This document shows positions 37,864-48,491 of a DNA stretch of 64,000 nucleotides, piece by piece. Within the stretch, counting starts at the first letter, position 1. Each line of letters begins with the position of its first letter. Made by a program: the position numbers and the translations under genes. Source of the stretch: an uncultured virus (IMG/VR IMGVR_UViG_2930745263_000002). Its lineage: Duplodnaviria; Heunggongvirae; Uroviricota; Caudoviricetes. Where the stretch lies: IMG/VR virus record IMGVR_UViG_2930745263_000002; one strand, 5' to 3'. The notes under the pieces were generated by a model. That model ran no database searches. It was given only the letters and a program-made list of their open reading frames with translations, and was not told where the DNA came from.

Positions 37864-38166
37864 TCAGCGGCGCAGCTGGTCGATCACGGCGCCGAGGTCC
37901 GGGAGTTCGTCACCCAGGCCGGCCGCTTCGGCCCATGCCAGCGTGACCGAGCCGGGGCGGCCGTACGGGCCGGAGGACGCTCGGCGGGACCGCTGGAGGG
38001 GCATCACCACGGCGGAGGGCAGTGGCCGGTCCTCCCCCACGGCGATGTCGGAGCGCTTCTTGTCGGGGGCGCACCGCGACACCTCGGTGTACGAACAGTC
38101 CACCGCCTCGGTGGAACGGCGCAGCAAGGGCAGCACTTTGGTCGTCGTGGAGTTGAGGTCCTTCAT
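37864..38166 (-). CDS. Possible small protein divergent from the XRE gene
   Basis: AAGGAGG RBS before MKDLNSTTT; weak codon support. Confidence 0.35.
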   Translation of the reverse strand: MKDLNSTTTKVLPLLRRSTEAVDCSYTEVSRCAPDKKRSDIAVGEDRPLPSAVVMPLQRSRRASSGPYGRPGSVTLAWAEAAGLGDELPDLGAVIDQLRR

Positions 38167-38468
38167 GTCGTTCTGGCCCCTCCTTGCATGGGGTGGCACC
38201 CTGCGCGTGACCCGCCCTGGCCACCGTCCCCCGGTTCAGGCATATGCCGAAGGCCGATCATCGCCGCCCACAATCCGACATGTCAACCACTGTTAAGAGC
38301 AAGACGTTTCAGATGCGGCTGTTCGGGCATCCACTTCGATTTTCACTGTTCAGACCCCTCAAGAGTTGTTGATACTAGGCTCGGCGGGCATACTGCGTGC
38401 AGCACAACGACCGCATGTACTGGCCGGGGGTTCGAGTGGGAGATCGCAGCGCGCGCGAGGGGGGCGAG

Positions 38469-38906
38469 GTGGCCCCAGCGAGCGTCACCGAGGAGTTGCT
38501 GGTCAAGCACTCCGCCAAGTTCGCCGAGCGCCTGGACCATCTCTTCAAGAACATGTATCCGGCCTCGCAGGGCCGGCCCTACACGCACGGCGAGATCGCC
38601 CGGGCGACGGGTCTGAGCACCACCGCGATCGGCTACCTGCGCTCGGGGCGCAGCAGTCCCAGCCTGGAAACCGCCATCCTCATCGCGGGCGCCTTCGAGG
38701 TGCCGCTCGAGGTGTTCGTCGACGACGCGATCGCCGAGGACGTCAAGGCGGACCTGGCCGACCTGGCGGCGTTCCGCGACAAGCGGGCCCGCCGGATCAT
38801 GCGCCGCTCTGCGGGCCTGCCGGCTCATATGCAGGACTCCCTCGACCTGGTCATCACCGAGTACCGCCGTGCGGCGGGCCTGCCGACCGACTCCGATGAA
38901 GATTAG
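38469..38906 (+). CDS. XRE-family HTH regulator
   Basis: FAERLDHLF...RPYT..EIARATGLSTTAIGYLRSG...PSLET. Confidence 0.85.
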   Translation: MAPASVTEELLVKHSAKFAERLDHLFKNMYPASQGRPYTHGEIARATGLSTTAIGYLRSGRSSPSLETAILIAGAFEVPLEVFVDDAIAEDVKADLADLAAFRDKRARRIMRRSAGLPAHMQDSLDLVITEYRRAAGLPTDSDED

Positions 38907-39091
38907 AACGCGCGTGCGATATACGTTGACAGCAGCGCCGGGGGTCTGTGACGTTACTGAACGGTAGGGCAGGAGCCCGCCGGGTACGAAAGGGGCATCG
39001 TGATCAGGGACGAGCGAACGGCTGGAGACCAGCTCCCCCCGATACGCCCTAGAAGCACTTCCCCTCGCCGGGACCGGCCGCCGCGCAGGCG

Positions 39092-39643
39092 GTGACCGTG
39101 AGTCCCCTCCCGCGCTCCCGTACCCGGGCTCTGCGCCGCCGTTGCGAGGCGAAACTCGCCGCTCTGGATCTCCCCCGCACCAGCGACATGCGTCTGCTGG
39201 TCAGCCACGTCAGCGCCCGTATCGGGTACCCGATCGTCCTGCAGGCCCGCGAGCTCGACACGCGAAAGTTCAGCGGAACGTGCGTGCTGCGCCACGGCGT
39301 CTACGTGATCACGTACCAGGAGAGCACCAGCCTCTGGCACCAGCAGCACACCATCGGACACGAGACCGGCCACCTGATCGCCGGCCACACCTGCGTCGAC
39401 ATCGGCGACGAGGACGAGGACGTCGACTTCGACGAGCCTCCGCCCACCCGCGTGCTCGGCCCCGCGGCGGTCTCCCGCATGCTCTGCCGCTCGAACTCCC
39501 GCTTCGACGAGCCGGGCGAGCGCGAAGCGGAGGTGATCGGAACCCTCCTCCAGCAGCACCTCGCCGCACACGCCACCCGGCAGGACCGGGCGGCGACCTG
39601 GGTCGCGCCAGCCCTGGAGCACACCTGGGGTGGACGTGTATGA
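39092..39643 (+). CDS. ImmA/IrrE-like metallopeptidase-domain protein
   Basis: HQQHTIGHETGHL..GH (HExxH) and EREAE. Confidence 0.8.
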   Translation: MTVSPLPRSRTRALRRRCEAKLAALDLPRTSDMRLLVSHVSARIGYPIVLQARELDTRKFSGTCVLRHGVYVITYQESTSLWHQQHTIGHETGHLIAGHTCVDIGDEDEDVDFDEPPPTRVLGPAAVSRMLCRSNSRFDEPGEREAEVIGTLLQQHLAAHATRQDRAATWVAPALEHTWGGRV

Positions 39644-41708
39644 CGTCCTCTTCCTGGCCGTCGCCCTGGTCTCCGGCATCGTGCTCGCCGCCAAGCTCCA
39701 CGGCCTGCGCCAGGCGCCGTCCGCCATGCTGGTCGCGGTCTGCCTGTGCACCGCGTTCGTAGGGTCGTCGTTCCTCGTCGCCGCCCCCCGCGTCTACCTC
39801 CTCGTCGGAGCCCTGAGCGGCGTCCCCCACCTGGCCTCGCTGCTGATGTACGCCCTCATCACCGGGTTCAGCGGAACGGCGCAGGTCCTCGCGCTGCTGT
39901 GGACCACCGAGGTCAGCGACCCCATGGAGGCATGGGGCAAGGCGCAACGCGCCATCTGCATCCGCGTGGCCGTCTTCTCCCTCGTGCTGCTGCTGATGGT
40001 CGGCCTGTTCACGCACGCGGTGGTGGGCGAGGGGATCTCCGGGCAGAGCCACCCCCTGGACTTCGACACCTTCTTCGCCACGTCCCCGTCCATCTGCGGC
40101 TTCCTGCTGACCTACCACGCCGGCCTCGCCTACTCCCTGGCCGGCGTCTGCCTGGCCTGCCGCCAGCACGCCCGGGAGCTGGCCATCCAGGAGCCGGACC
40201 GGGTCAGCTTGCGCACCGGCGTCCGGCTGATAGCCGTCGGCTGCATGTCGGGCTACGGCTACATCGCCTGCAAGGTGACCGCCATCCTCGCGGCCGCGGC
40301 CGGCCGGCACGGCCCCGACTGGGACTGGCTCTCCACCATCGCGGCACCGCTGTTCTCCAGCGTCGGCGCCACCCTCATCGTCGGCGGCTTCGTCTACCCG
40401 GCCTGCAGCGCCTGGTACGAACGCCGGCGGGACTTCCTCGCGCTGCGTCCGCTGTGGGCCGCCGCGGCCGAGGCCGACCGCCACGTGCTGCTCGACCCGA
40501 TGCCGCACCGAGCGGTGCACCGGCTGACCGTGCGCGACCTGAAGTGGCGCCTGGCCCGGTGCATCGCGGAGATCCGGGACGCCCAGCTGGCCATGCGCAT
40601 CTGGATGGACCCGCGCGTCGGCCGGCTCGCCACCCGGCTGGCCCGGGCCGACGGCGTGCCGGAGGAGATGGTCGGGTACATCGCGCAGGCGGCCACGCTG
40701 CGCAGCGCCCTGCGCACCCGTACCACCGAGCTGCAGCGCGCCGCCCGGATCGCCGCCGAGCAGGGCCTGCCCCTGAACGCGATCAGCGACGCGGTCGCCG
40801 TGGCCTTCGCCCGGGGCGTCGCCCAGGAGCCCCAGCCCGCGGACAGCGAGGCGATGTGCGCCACGCGGGCCTTCCCCGACCAGCACCGCGAGCGGGCCGG
40901 GCTCGTCGGCCTCTCGCGCGCCCTGACGAGTCCGTACGTCACCGAGGCGCTGCGCCAGACCGATCCCGCCGCGGCGCCGCTGACTGAGGAGCGGGCCCAC
41001 GCCGCCTACCGCCGCCTGGCGCTCGTCGACTTCCCCGAGGATCTGCGCGCCGGCATGGCGCTGGGCTTCTGCCGGACCTTCGGGGTGCCGGCCATCGCGA
41101 AGGTCCTGGCGGGCACGGGCAGGATGACCGAACAGCCAGCGGACCGGGCGAAGGCCACCGACGCGCTGATGTACGCGCTGATCGAGCACGGCCTGGACTC
41201 CCCCCAGGGCCGGCGTGGCGTCAGGGCGCTGAACCGGCTGCACGAGCACCTCCCGGTGGGCGACGAGGAGTTCACGTACGTCCTGGCGACCTTCTGCGTC
41301 GCCCCGCTGCGCTGGATCGACGCGCACGGCTGGCGGCCGACGACCGCCGGCGAACGGGACGCCGCCTACACCTTCTACGCCGGCCTGGCCCGCCGGATGC
41401 GTATCTCCGGCGTGCCCGGCTCGTTCTTCGAGCTGGCCGCGTGGATGGACCGCTTCGAGGCCGAGAGCTTCGAGGTGACGGCCGAGGGGCGGGTGCTGCT
41501 GCGGTCCGCCCGGTCGCTGCTGACGGACCGGCTTCCGCGGCAGTTGGCTCCGCTGGCCCGGGCCGGGACGGCCGCCCTGCTGGATCGGTGCCTGCTGGCG
41601 GCGTACGGCCTTCGCCGGCCGGTGTGGCCCGTACGGGCGGCCGTGTCGGCGGCTCTGGGGCTGCGGGCGCACCGGCTGCGGAAACTGCACCGGCCCCGGC
41701 CCCGGTAG
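39630..41708 (+). CDS. MAB_1171c-family multi-TM protein fused to an MpaB/DUF2236 oxygenase-like domain
   Basis: About 7 TMs, L.PLW and R..EIRDA; C-terminal RTFGVPAIAKVL...LNRLH...YVLATF...WID..GWR...RM.I..VP. Confidence 0.75.
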   Translation: MDVYDVLFLAVALVSGIVLAAKLHGLRQAPSAMLVAVCLCTAFVGSSFLVAAPRVYLLVGALSGVPHLASLLMYALITGFSGTAQVLALLWTTEVSDPMEAWGKAQRAICIRVAVFSLVLLLMVGLFTHAVVGEGISGQSHPLDFDTFFATSPSICGFLLTYHAGLAYSLAGVCLACRQHARELAIQEPDRVSLRTGVRLIAVGCMSGYGYIACKVTAILAAAAGRHGPDWDWLSTIAAPLFSSVGATLIVGGFVYPACSAWYERRRDFLALRPLWAAAAEADRHVLLDPMPHRAVHRLTVRDLKWRLARCIAEIRDAQLAMRIWMDPRVGRLATRLARADGVPEEMVGYIAQAATLRSALRTRTTELQRAARIAAEQGLPLNAISDAVAVAFARGVAQEPQPADSEAMCATRAFPDQHRERAGLVGLSRALTSPYVTEALRQTDPAAAPLTEERAHAAYRRLALVDFPEDLRAGMALGFCRTFGVPAIAKVLAGTGRMTEQPADRAKATDALMYALIEHGLDSPQGRRGVRALNRLHEHLPVGDEEFTYVLATFCVAPLRWIDAHGWRPTTAGERDAAYTFYAGLARRMRISGVPGSFFELAAWMDRFEAESFEVTAEGRVLLRSARSLLTDRLPRQLAPLARAGTAALLDRCLLAAYGLRRPVWPVRAAVSAALGLRAHRLRKLHRPRPR

Positions 41709-41901
41709 ACCCCCGTTTCGGGGGGCCTCTCCGGTGCCGGGGCCGGTGGCCCTGCACCCACTCTCCCTGTCTCGACCGGGCGTTGCCCCCGTGGGGACTC
41801 GGTCCGGTCGACCGGTGGGGCGTGCCCTTTCGCCCTTCCCGGCGCTGCCTACCGTACATGAAACCCAATACACATGGAAGCTGATTCGGTGCGCTCGATC
41901 G

Positions 41902-41932
41902 CTTCCATCTTTACAACGTCGCGTTGTATAGT
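41902..41932 (+). promoter_or_regulatory. TACAAC-box copy 10
   Basis: CTTCC atctt TACAAC gtcgc GTTGTA TAGT. Confidence 0.8.
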
Positions 41933-41970
41933 CGGGGGGTAAGGACGACGCAGCGAGCAGGGGGAAACCG

Positions 41971-42408
41971 ATGAGGCACACGGCGAAGCAGACGAACCTT
42001 CGGACCCTCGAAGACCTGCACAAGGCCCTCGCCCGCAAGCGCCCGGTCACCATCCACGCCCTGAAGGAAGAGAAGGACGAGCGCGGCCGCAAGACCGGCA
42101 ACCTGGTCCCGACGCTCCGCACGCTCGAGATCTACGACCTCACCACCACGGCCGACGGCAACATCCTGATCCACGGGATGGACCGCGAGACCGGCGAGGA
42201 CCGCAACTTCCGCCTCGACCGGCTCCTGGCCTACACGGTCCACCGCACCACCTACACGATCGCGCGGCCCGCGCCGGAGGCCGACGCCGAGCGCCCCGAC
42301 TTCGCCTACGAGGCCGACTTCATCGCCTGGGAGATCGCCCGCACCGACGCCGAGTACTGGACCGAGTACCTCGACGAGGCCCGCCCCGTACAGGCCCTCG
42401 CCGCCTGA
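41971..42408 (+). CDS. Stand-alone WYL-domain protein
   Basis: RTLEIYDL...DRETGEDRNFRLDRL; no HTH. Confidence 0.75.
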   Translation: MRHTAKQTNLRTLEDLHKALARKRPVTIHALKEEKDERGRKTGNLVPTLRTLEIYDLTTTADGNILIHGMDRETGEDRNFRLDRLLAYTVHRTTYTIARPAPEADAERPDFAYEADFIAWEIARTDAEYWTEYLDEARPVQALAA

Positions 42409-42499
42409 ACACCGGGCCCGCTCCCTCCCCCACCCACGGCGGCCGGGGAAGGGAGCGGGCCCCCGCCGCCGGAACGGAAGCGGCCCGGCGGCCTGCTGG

Positions 42500-42718
42500 T
42501 CAGGGCCTGACGTTCCATCCGCCGCCGGGCAGCGGCTCCGCCAGCCCTTCCTGCTGCAGTACGGCGAGCGCGCGCCGCACGGTGCTCCGGGAGACGGCGT
42601 GCTGGGCCACGAGGTCGGCGACGGGCGGGAGGTCGGTCATGGCGGGGCGGTTCCTGATCTCCTGCCGGAGCTGGTCCGCGATCGCGAGGTAGGCGCTCTG
42701 GGGCTGCTGGCTGGTCAT
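42500..42718 (-). CDS. GntR wHTH-only small regulator
   Basis: AYLAIADQLRQEI...LPPVADL...VSRSTVRRAL..L..EGL. Confidence 0.75.
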   Translation of the reverse strand: MTSQQPQSAYLAIADQLRQEIRNRPAMTDLPPVADLVAQHAVSRSTVRRALAVLQQEGLAEPLPGGGWNVRP

Positions 42719-42800
42719 CGTTCTCCCTGTGGTGGGTGGGTATGGCGAAGGGCCCGCGACCTGGTGGTCGCGGGCCCTTCGTGGTGCGGTCGTTCGGGTG

Positions 42801-43526
42801 TCACATCCAGGGCGGCTGCCACCCGTCGGCCTGCCAGCGGATGAGCTGCTGGCCGCCCAGGAGGTGGATGTGCACCGACGGGAGCGCCGCGTAGCGCCGC
42901 GCCTCGGCCGTGAAGTCGCTGGTGGTGACGATGGCGACCTCGTCGGCTCCGTGCACGGGCCGGGCGGTGCCCCCGACCTTCTGCGCCTCCGGGCTGCCGA
43001 CGAGGTTGCCGGCGTCGTAGCGCTTGCACTGGATGACCAGCGCCTTGCCCAGCGGCGTGGTGGCCAGCACGTCGGCGCCCAGGTCACCGGACCCGCCGAC
43101 CACCCGGACGTTGCGACAGCCGTCACGCTGGCACAGCTCGGCCACCGCGTGCTCGAAGTTCCCCGGCGTCATCTCCGAGAACTCCTGCAGGGTGCGCACG
43201 CCCTGGACCAGGCGCCGGTGGCGCCGCCGGCCGAGGCGGAACGCGAGCACGGCGAGCGCCACGGCGACGACCAGGACGGCGAGCAGCACCCAGGCGACCC
43301 AGGGGTTCTCCCGCACGTAGAGGCCGACGAGGACCAGGATCCCCAGGGCCCACACGAGGCGGTCGCCCACGCGGGCGGCGCCGCGCCGCTGGGGCCGGCG
43401 GCCGCGCGGCGTACGGGTGGGCCGCAGGCCGGTGCGGCCGGGGACGGGACGGCGGGTGTTGCGGGCCGGGCCGCGGCGGCGGGGACGGCGCCCCGGTAAG
43501 CGCGGGCGGCGGGAGGTCGTTGCCAT
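42801..43526 (-). CDS. Membrane-anchored Mrr_cat-family restriction endonuclease
   Basis: Two TMs, then FEHAVAEL...GGSGDLGADV...IQCKRY...VTTSDFT. Confidence 0.8.
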   Translation of the reverse strand: MATTSRRPRLPGRRPRRRGPARNTRRPVPGRTGLRPTRTPRGRRPQRRGAARVGDRLVWALGILVLVGLYVRENPWVAWVLLAVLVVAVALAVLAFRLGRRRHRRLVQGVRTLQEFSEMTPGNFEHAVAELCQRDGCRNVRVVGGSGDLGADVLATTPLGKALVIQCKRYDAGNLVGSPEAQKVGGTARPVHGADEVAIVTTSDFTAEARRYAALPSVHIHLLGGQQLIRWQADGWQPPWM

Positions 43527-43638
43527 CAGGCTCCTTCGGTGGTGGGCGGGGATGGTGCGCGGGGCGGGGCCGGTCTGTGCCGGCCGCGGTGGGGGCGTGG
43601 GGGCCGTTGTCGGCGGCCCGCCCCGGCCGGGAGCCGGG

Positions 43639-44151
43639 TCACCGGCGTCCTCCGCGTGAACTGGAGGAGGAGGTGCTGTTCGAGGAGTTGGTGACGTTCA
43701 CGCTGACGTTGACGTTGGTTCCGGACTGCCGCGACAGGCTGCCCTTGACCATCAGGACCAGCGCGCCGACCCCGGCCGCGGTCGCCGCGACGCCGATGCC
43801 GGCCATCTGGGCGGCGTGCCCGGCCTCGTTGAGGCCCGGCCCGTAGTGGCCGACCACGCCCAGGACGCCCGCGGTCGACGCTCCGCCGGTGAGCATCCGC
43901 ATCGGCCACGGGTCCTTGCGCGCGGGCCCGGTCGGTTCCGGGGTGGTGTGGGTCTCGGGCTGGGGCAGGTAGGCCAGGACGCGCTGGCCGTCGGGGGCCA
44001 GCGCCCAGACCATGCCGGCCGGGGCCTGGGAAACGGGCGCGGGCGGCGCGTCGGGGTGGCCGGGCGGGAACGAGGTGCTGTCGGCGGTCGGCCAGTCCTT
44101 GAGGAGGGCGTCGGAGATCTCGTTGCCCGTGCGGGGCTGCTGCTGGTTCAT
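43639..44151 (-). CDS. Membrane protein (Spd-like position in transfer operon)
   Basis: Pro-rich N-terminus and two hydrophobic segments. Confidence 0.6.
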   Translation of the reverse strand: MNQQQPRTGNEISDALLKDWPTADSTSFPPGHPDAPPAPVSQAPAGMVWALAPDGQRVLAYLPQPETHTTPEPTGPARKDPWPMRMLTGGASTAGVLGVVGHYGPGLNEAGHAAQMAGIGVAATAAGVGALVLMVKGSLSRQSGTNVNVSVNVTNSSNSTSSSSSRGGRR

Positions 44152-44333
44152 CGGGGTTCTCCCGGGGGGTCGATGGTGGCGGTGTCTGCGGCGGCGCGGT
44201 GGCGGATCGTGCCGTTCAGGGCCCGGCGGAGCGGGCTGTCGAGCAGGGTGGGGTCGAGGAAGGCGACGACGCGCATGCCGTCGCTCTCGTAGACGACAGC
44301 CAGCTCGTCCGCCGGGTCGGGGGTGCGGGTCAC
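44148..44333 (-). CDS. Hypothetical protein
   Basis: ATGA overlap with the downstream gene. Confidence 0.45.
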   Translation of the reverse strand: MTRTPDPADELAVVYESDGMRVVAFLDPTLLDSPLRRALNGTIRHRAAADTATIDPPGEPR

Positions 44334-44363
44334 GGTGGGTCCAGTTCTGCGGAGGGTCGGTGC

Positions 44364-44558
44364 TCAGAGGTTGATCTGGCCGACGGTGTCGGCGACCGCG
44401 TTGAGGAACCGGTTGATGGCGGGGGCCATGCCGGTGCTGGCGAGGAAGAAGCCGAAGAGGATCGCCGCGATCGCGGGCCCGACCCGCAGCCGGCCGCTGC
44501 GGTTCAGGATCACCAGGACGATCGCGAGCAGGAGGATCGCGGAGAGGCTGATGGCCAT
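44364..44558 (-). CDS. Small hydrophobic protein typical of Streptomyces transfer regions
   Basis: MAISLSAILLL...LFGFFLASTGMAPAI. Confidence 0.7.
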   Translation of the reverse strand: MAISLSAILLLAIVLVILNRSGRLRVGPAIAAILFGFFLASTGMAPAINRFLNAVADTVGQINL

Positions 44559-44563
44559 GCCGG

Positions 44564-47500
44564 TCACTCCCCCGCCGTGTTGGTGCGCAGGGTGGCCAGG
44601 AAGCCGTCGAGGTCCTCGGGGCGGAGCAGGACGTCGCGGGCCTTGGAGCCTTCGGCGGGGCCGACCACGCCCTTGGCCTGCAGGAGGTCCATCAGCTGGC
44701 CGGCCTTGGCGAAGCCGACGCGCAGCTTGCGCTGGAGCATCGACGTCGAGCCGAACTGGGTGGAGACGACCAGCTCGGCCGCCTGCGCCAGCAGTTCGAG
44801 GTCGTCGTCGGTGAGGTCCTCGTCGGTCGCCTTCTGCTGCTGGGTGCCCTCGGCGACGTCGTTTCGGAAGACGGGCGTCATCTGGCTCTTGCAGTGCCGG
44901 ACGATCACGTCGATCTCGTCCTCGGTGACGTAGGCGCCCTGCACGCGTGCGGGGGTGTTGGCTCCCATCGGCAGGAACAGTCCGTCGCCCTCGCCGATCA
45001 GCTTCTCGGCGCCGGGCTGGTCGAGGATGACCCGGCTGTCGGTGAGGGAGGCGGTGGCGAAGGCGAGCCGGGAGGGCACGTTCGCCTTGATCAGACCGGT
45101 CACGACGTCCACAGAGGGGCGCTGGGTGGCGAGCACCAGGTGGATGCCGGCGGCGCGGGCGAGCTGGGTGATGCGGACGATGGAGTCCTCGACGTCGCGC
45201 GGGGCGACCATCATCAGGTCCGCGAGCTCGTCGACGATGACGAGCAGGTACGGGTAGGGCTTGAGCTCGCGCTCGCTGCCCGCCGGGGCCTTCAGCTTGC
45301 CGCTGGTGACGGCCTTGTTGAAGTCGTCGATGTGCCGGTAGCCGTACTCCGCGAGGTCGTCGTAGCGCAGGTCCATCTCCCGTACGACCCACTGGAGGGC
45401 CTCGGCGGCCTTCTTCGGGTTGGTGATGATCGGCGTGATCAGGTGCGGGATGCCTTCGTAGGCGGACAGCTCAACCCGCTTGGGGTCGATCAGGACCATG
45501 TGCACGTCGTCGGGGGTCGCCCGCATGAGGATGGAGGTGATCAGGGCGTTGATGCAGGAGGACTTGCCGGACCCGGTGGCTCCGGCGATCAGGCCGTGCG
45601 GCATCTTCGCGAGGTTGGCCAGGACGTAGCCGCCCTCGACGTCCTTGCCGAGCGCGACCAGCAGCGGGTGGTCGTCCTCGGTGACCGCGGCCAGGCGCAG
45701 CACGTCCCCGAGGTTGACCACCTCGCGGTCGGTGTTCGGGACCTCCACGCCGACCGCCGACTTGCCGGGGATCGGGCTGAGGATCCGCACGTCCGGGCTG
45801 GCGACCGCGTACTCGATGTTCTTCGCCAGCGCGGTGATCCGCTCGACCTTCACCGCCCGCCCGAGCGTGACCTCGTAGCGGGTGACCGTCGGACCGCGCG
45901 AGAAGCCGGTGACCTTGGCATCGACCTTGAACTGGGCGAAGACGGTGGTCAGTGCCTGGATCACGGCGTCGTTGGCCTCGGTGTGCTCCTTGGCGGGGGT
46001 GCCGCTCTCCAAGAGGTCCAGCGCCGGCAGCGCGTAGGTGTTGCCGCTGGCGAGGCGGTGCTGCGCCGGGCGCGGGGTGACCTCGGCCGGGGCGGCCGGC
46101 GCTTCGGCCACGGGCTCGGCCTGCTGCGGGAGGACCTGCTCGTCCTCCGTGCTCTCCGGCGCCCCCTCCGGGCCCCAGATGTACAGACCCCTGCGCGGCC
46201 GGTGCATGAGCTGGTCGTTGACGTCGGAGGAGAGCCACGTCTGGACGGTCGCCCGGTCGTATCCGCTGCTGTACTCGTTGCTGAGGCGGGCGAAGATCTC
46301 CTGGGTGGAGCAGCCCGGGGCACCGGACTCCTTGACCACGCGCCGTACGAAGGCGCGGCGCGGGTCGACGCTCTTGTCCTCGGTCGGGTCGACCGATGCC
46401 GGGGCGGACGGGCGTACGGGGGTGGCCGGCCGCGTGGTCGCGGTCGGGCGCGTCGCGGGGTGCGGGGTGCGTCCGCCGGCGTTGCGGTAGCGGTCGAACT
46501 CGACGACGACGTCGTCCTTGGCCGGGGCGGCGGGCGCGGTCCGGGTCGTGCCGCCCGCGCGGGCGTCGGTGACGCCCAGGGTGCTCCAGATCTGCGACGG
46601 GGGCAGGCCCAGGCGCTCGGCCGTCGACCCGAAGCCACCGTTGCGCGCGGGGGCCGGCGTCGTTGCCCGTCCCTGCGCGGCGCGGGGCGCGGGCGCCGAC
46701 GCGCGGGCGCCGGCACCGACGAGGGTGTCGCCGTCCGTCTCGTCCTCCAGGTCGTCCAGGAGGTGGCGGATCCGCTCGAAGTCCCAGCGGGTGTCGTACT
46801 GGTCGCCGATCGCGGCGCGGATGTCGGCGATCGCCTTGTCGTCCAGCGACGGGCGGATCCACGTGTGCTTCTCGGCCAGGGCGGCGATGTTCTCCGGGTC
46901 GGAGTCGTTGACGTACTTGCCCTTGGCGGGCATCGGCCGGCTCACGCCGGAGCCCTTGAGCTTGGCGTAGAGCGAGCCGTCGAACTCGAGCTTGGACAGG
47001 TCCATCGCCCGGTAGTCGTCGGGGAACACGTAGCGGGTCTCGTTGCGCTCGCCCATGCGCATCCCGATCCGGGAGTCGTACTGGGACTTGTTCTCGCCGC
47101 CGCCCATGTTGGGGCCGGTGCCACGCTGCACGGCGTCGATCTCGTCGACGCCGGCCTTGCGGCCCTTCTTCTTGATCCGGCGCTTGGCGACCGCGGCTTC
47201 CGGAACCTGCTCGAAGAGGTCGGCGACCTCGTCGCTGACCAGGATGATCGCGGGCTCCCGCTCGGAGGGGGTCAGCTTGCCGTTGACCCGGGCGGACCGG
47301 CCGTCGACGACGGCCATGGCGGCGTCGAGCTGCAGCAGCGCCTCCTCGGGGGTGGTGGCCACCCAGTCGATGACGGGGCGGTTGCAGCCCGGGCGCTTCT
47401 CCAGGAACGGCTTCAGCCACGGCCGGGCCGTCGCGCCGCCGCCCATGTCGGTCATCCAGATCACCGCGTCGGCGCAGCGGGTCAGGTACGACAGGATGAC

Positions 47501-48430
47501 GTGGAGCAGGACGGACTTGCCCGAGCCGCGCATGCCGGCGATGAGGACCGCGTTCTGCCGCATCAGCAGCATGACCAGCTCGCCGTCCTCGTAGACGGCG
47601 ATCGGGAACGGGTCGTTGATGCTGATCGGGCCGTGCTCGTCCTCGAGCGGGAAGGACTCGGAGAGGACGTCGCGGGTGGTGACGTGCATCCACACCTGGC
47701 CGGCCGCGCCGCGGATCTCCTCGAAGCGCACGCTGCCGGCGCGGACGTCGCCCTTGGCGACCTCGATCGCGCGGACCTCGTTCTCCAGGCGGGCGGGGGT
47801 CACCGAGCCGTTGGACGCCGTCAGGTCCAGACGGATGCTGTAGCCGGAGCCGCGGTCGATGCGCTCGCCGGTCTCGCGTACGCCCTTGAGGTTGCGGCGC
47901 AGGAAGACGCCCTCCCACTCGGTGGCCTCACGGCCGGCCGGGTCGATCGTGTACCGGCCCTCGTGCTCGGCGGCGATCTCCTCGCGGCGGGAGTAGCGGA
48001 ACCAGGGGTACAGCAGGGTGTAGATGGCGGTCGCGCCGATGTAGGAAGCGGCGCTGGTCAGGCTGAAGGGCGTGGCCGTCGAGGCGTAGGTGAGCCACGT
48101 GGTGGCGGCGCCGACGGCCGTCGTCAGGTACAGGCCCTGCCAGCGGTTCATGCCGCGCAGGCCCCGGGAGCGCTCGGCGTCGCCCTTGGCCCAGGCGCCG
48201 AGCGCGGTGGCGCCGGTGGAGACCAGGGCGACGCCGCCCATGGCGAGCGAGGCGTGGGTGCCCAGCGGCAGGCCCATCAGCTCGAGGGGGGTGCTGTTGG
48301 CGATGGCGTCGAACTGGTTCAGGAAGCAGGCGCCCGCGCCGACCCACAGACTGCTGACCGGGACGGTGGCGGCACGACCGAGCCTGTAGGCGTCCTGGGG
48401 CGGGACGCTGCTGCGGGTCTTCGTAGCCAT
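44564..48430 (-). CDS. traB: TraB-like conjugative DNA translocase fused to a second, chromosomal-type FtsK motor (alpha-beta-gamma)
   Basis: N-terminal TMs; Walker A GMRGSGKS with DEVAD; central wHTH; then [39 protein letters not shown] and a gamma domain [16 protein letters not shown]. Confidence 0.88.
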   Translation of the reverse strand: MATKTRSSVPPQDAYRLGRAATVPVSSLWVGAGACFLNQFDAIANSTPLELMGLPLGTHASLAMGGVALVSTGATALGAWAKGDAERSRGLRGMNRWQGLYLTTAVGAATTWLTYASTATPFSLTSAASYIGATAIYTLLYPWFRYSRREEIAAEHEGRYTIDPAGREATEWEGVFLRRNLKGVRETGERIDRGSGYSIRLDLTASNGSVTPARLENEVRAIEVAKGDVRAGSVRFEEIRGAAGQVWMHVTTRDVLSESFPLEDEHGPISINDPFPIAVYEDGELVMLLMRQNAVLIAGMRGSGKSVLLHVILSYLTRCADAVIWMTDMGGGATARPWLKPFLEKRPGCNRPVIDWVATTPEEALLQLDAAMAVVDGRSARVNGKLTPSEREPAIILVSDEVADLFEQVPEAAVAKRRIKKKGRKAGVDEIDAVQRGTGPNMGGGENKSQYDSRIGMRMGERNETRYVFPDDYRAMDLSKLEFDGSLYAKLKGSGVSRPMPAKGKYVNDSDPENIAALAEKHTWIRPSLDDKAIADIRAAIGDQYDTRWDFERIRHLLDDLEDETDGDTLVGAGARASAPAPRAAQGRATTPAPARNGGFGSTAERLGLPPSQIWSTLGVTDARAGGTTRTAPAAPAKDDVVVEFDRYRNAGGRTPHPATRPTATTRPATPVRPSAPASVDPTEDKSVDPRRAFVRRVVKESGAPGCSTQEIFARLSNEYSSGYDRATVQTWLSSDVNDQLMHRPRRGLYIWGPEGAPESTEDEQVLPQQAEPVAEAPAAPAEVTPRPAQHRLASGNTYALPALDLLESGTPAKEHTEANDAVIQALTTVFAQFKVDAKVTGFSRGPTVTRYEVTLGRAVKVERITALAKNIEYAVASPDVRILSPIPGKSAVGVEVPNTDREVVNLGDVLRLAAVTEDDHPLLVALGKDVEGGYVLANLAKMPHGLIAGATGSGKSSCINALITSILMRATPDDVHMVLIDPKRVELSAYEGIPHLITPIITNPKKAAEALQWVVREMDLRYDDLAEYGYRHIDDFNKAVTSGKLKAPAGSERELKPYPYLLVIVDELADLMMVAPRDVEDSIVRITQLARAAGIHLVLATQRPSVDVVTGLIKANVPSRLAFATASLTDSRVILDQPGAEKLIGEGDGLFLPMGANTPARVQGAYVTEDEIDVIVRHCKSQMTPVFRNDVAEGTQQQKATDEDLTDDDLELLAQAAELVVSTQFGSTSMLQRKLRVGFAKAGQLMDLLQAKGVVGPAEGSKARDVLLRPEDLDGFLATLRTNTAGE

Positions 48431-48491
48431 GGGTTTTCGGTGTCCTTCCGGGTGGTGGTACGGAGGCAGGGGGAGGGTGGGTGCCGGGGCG

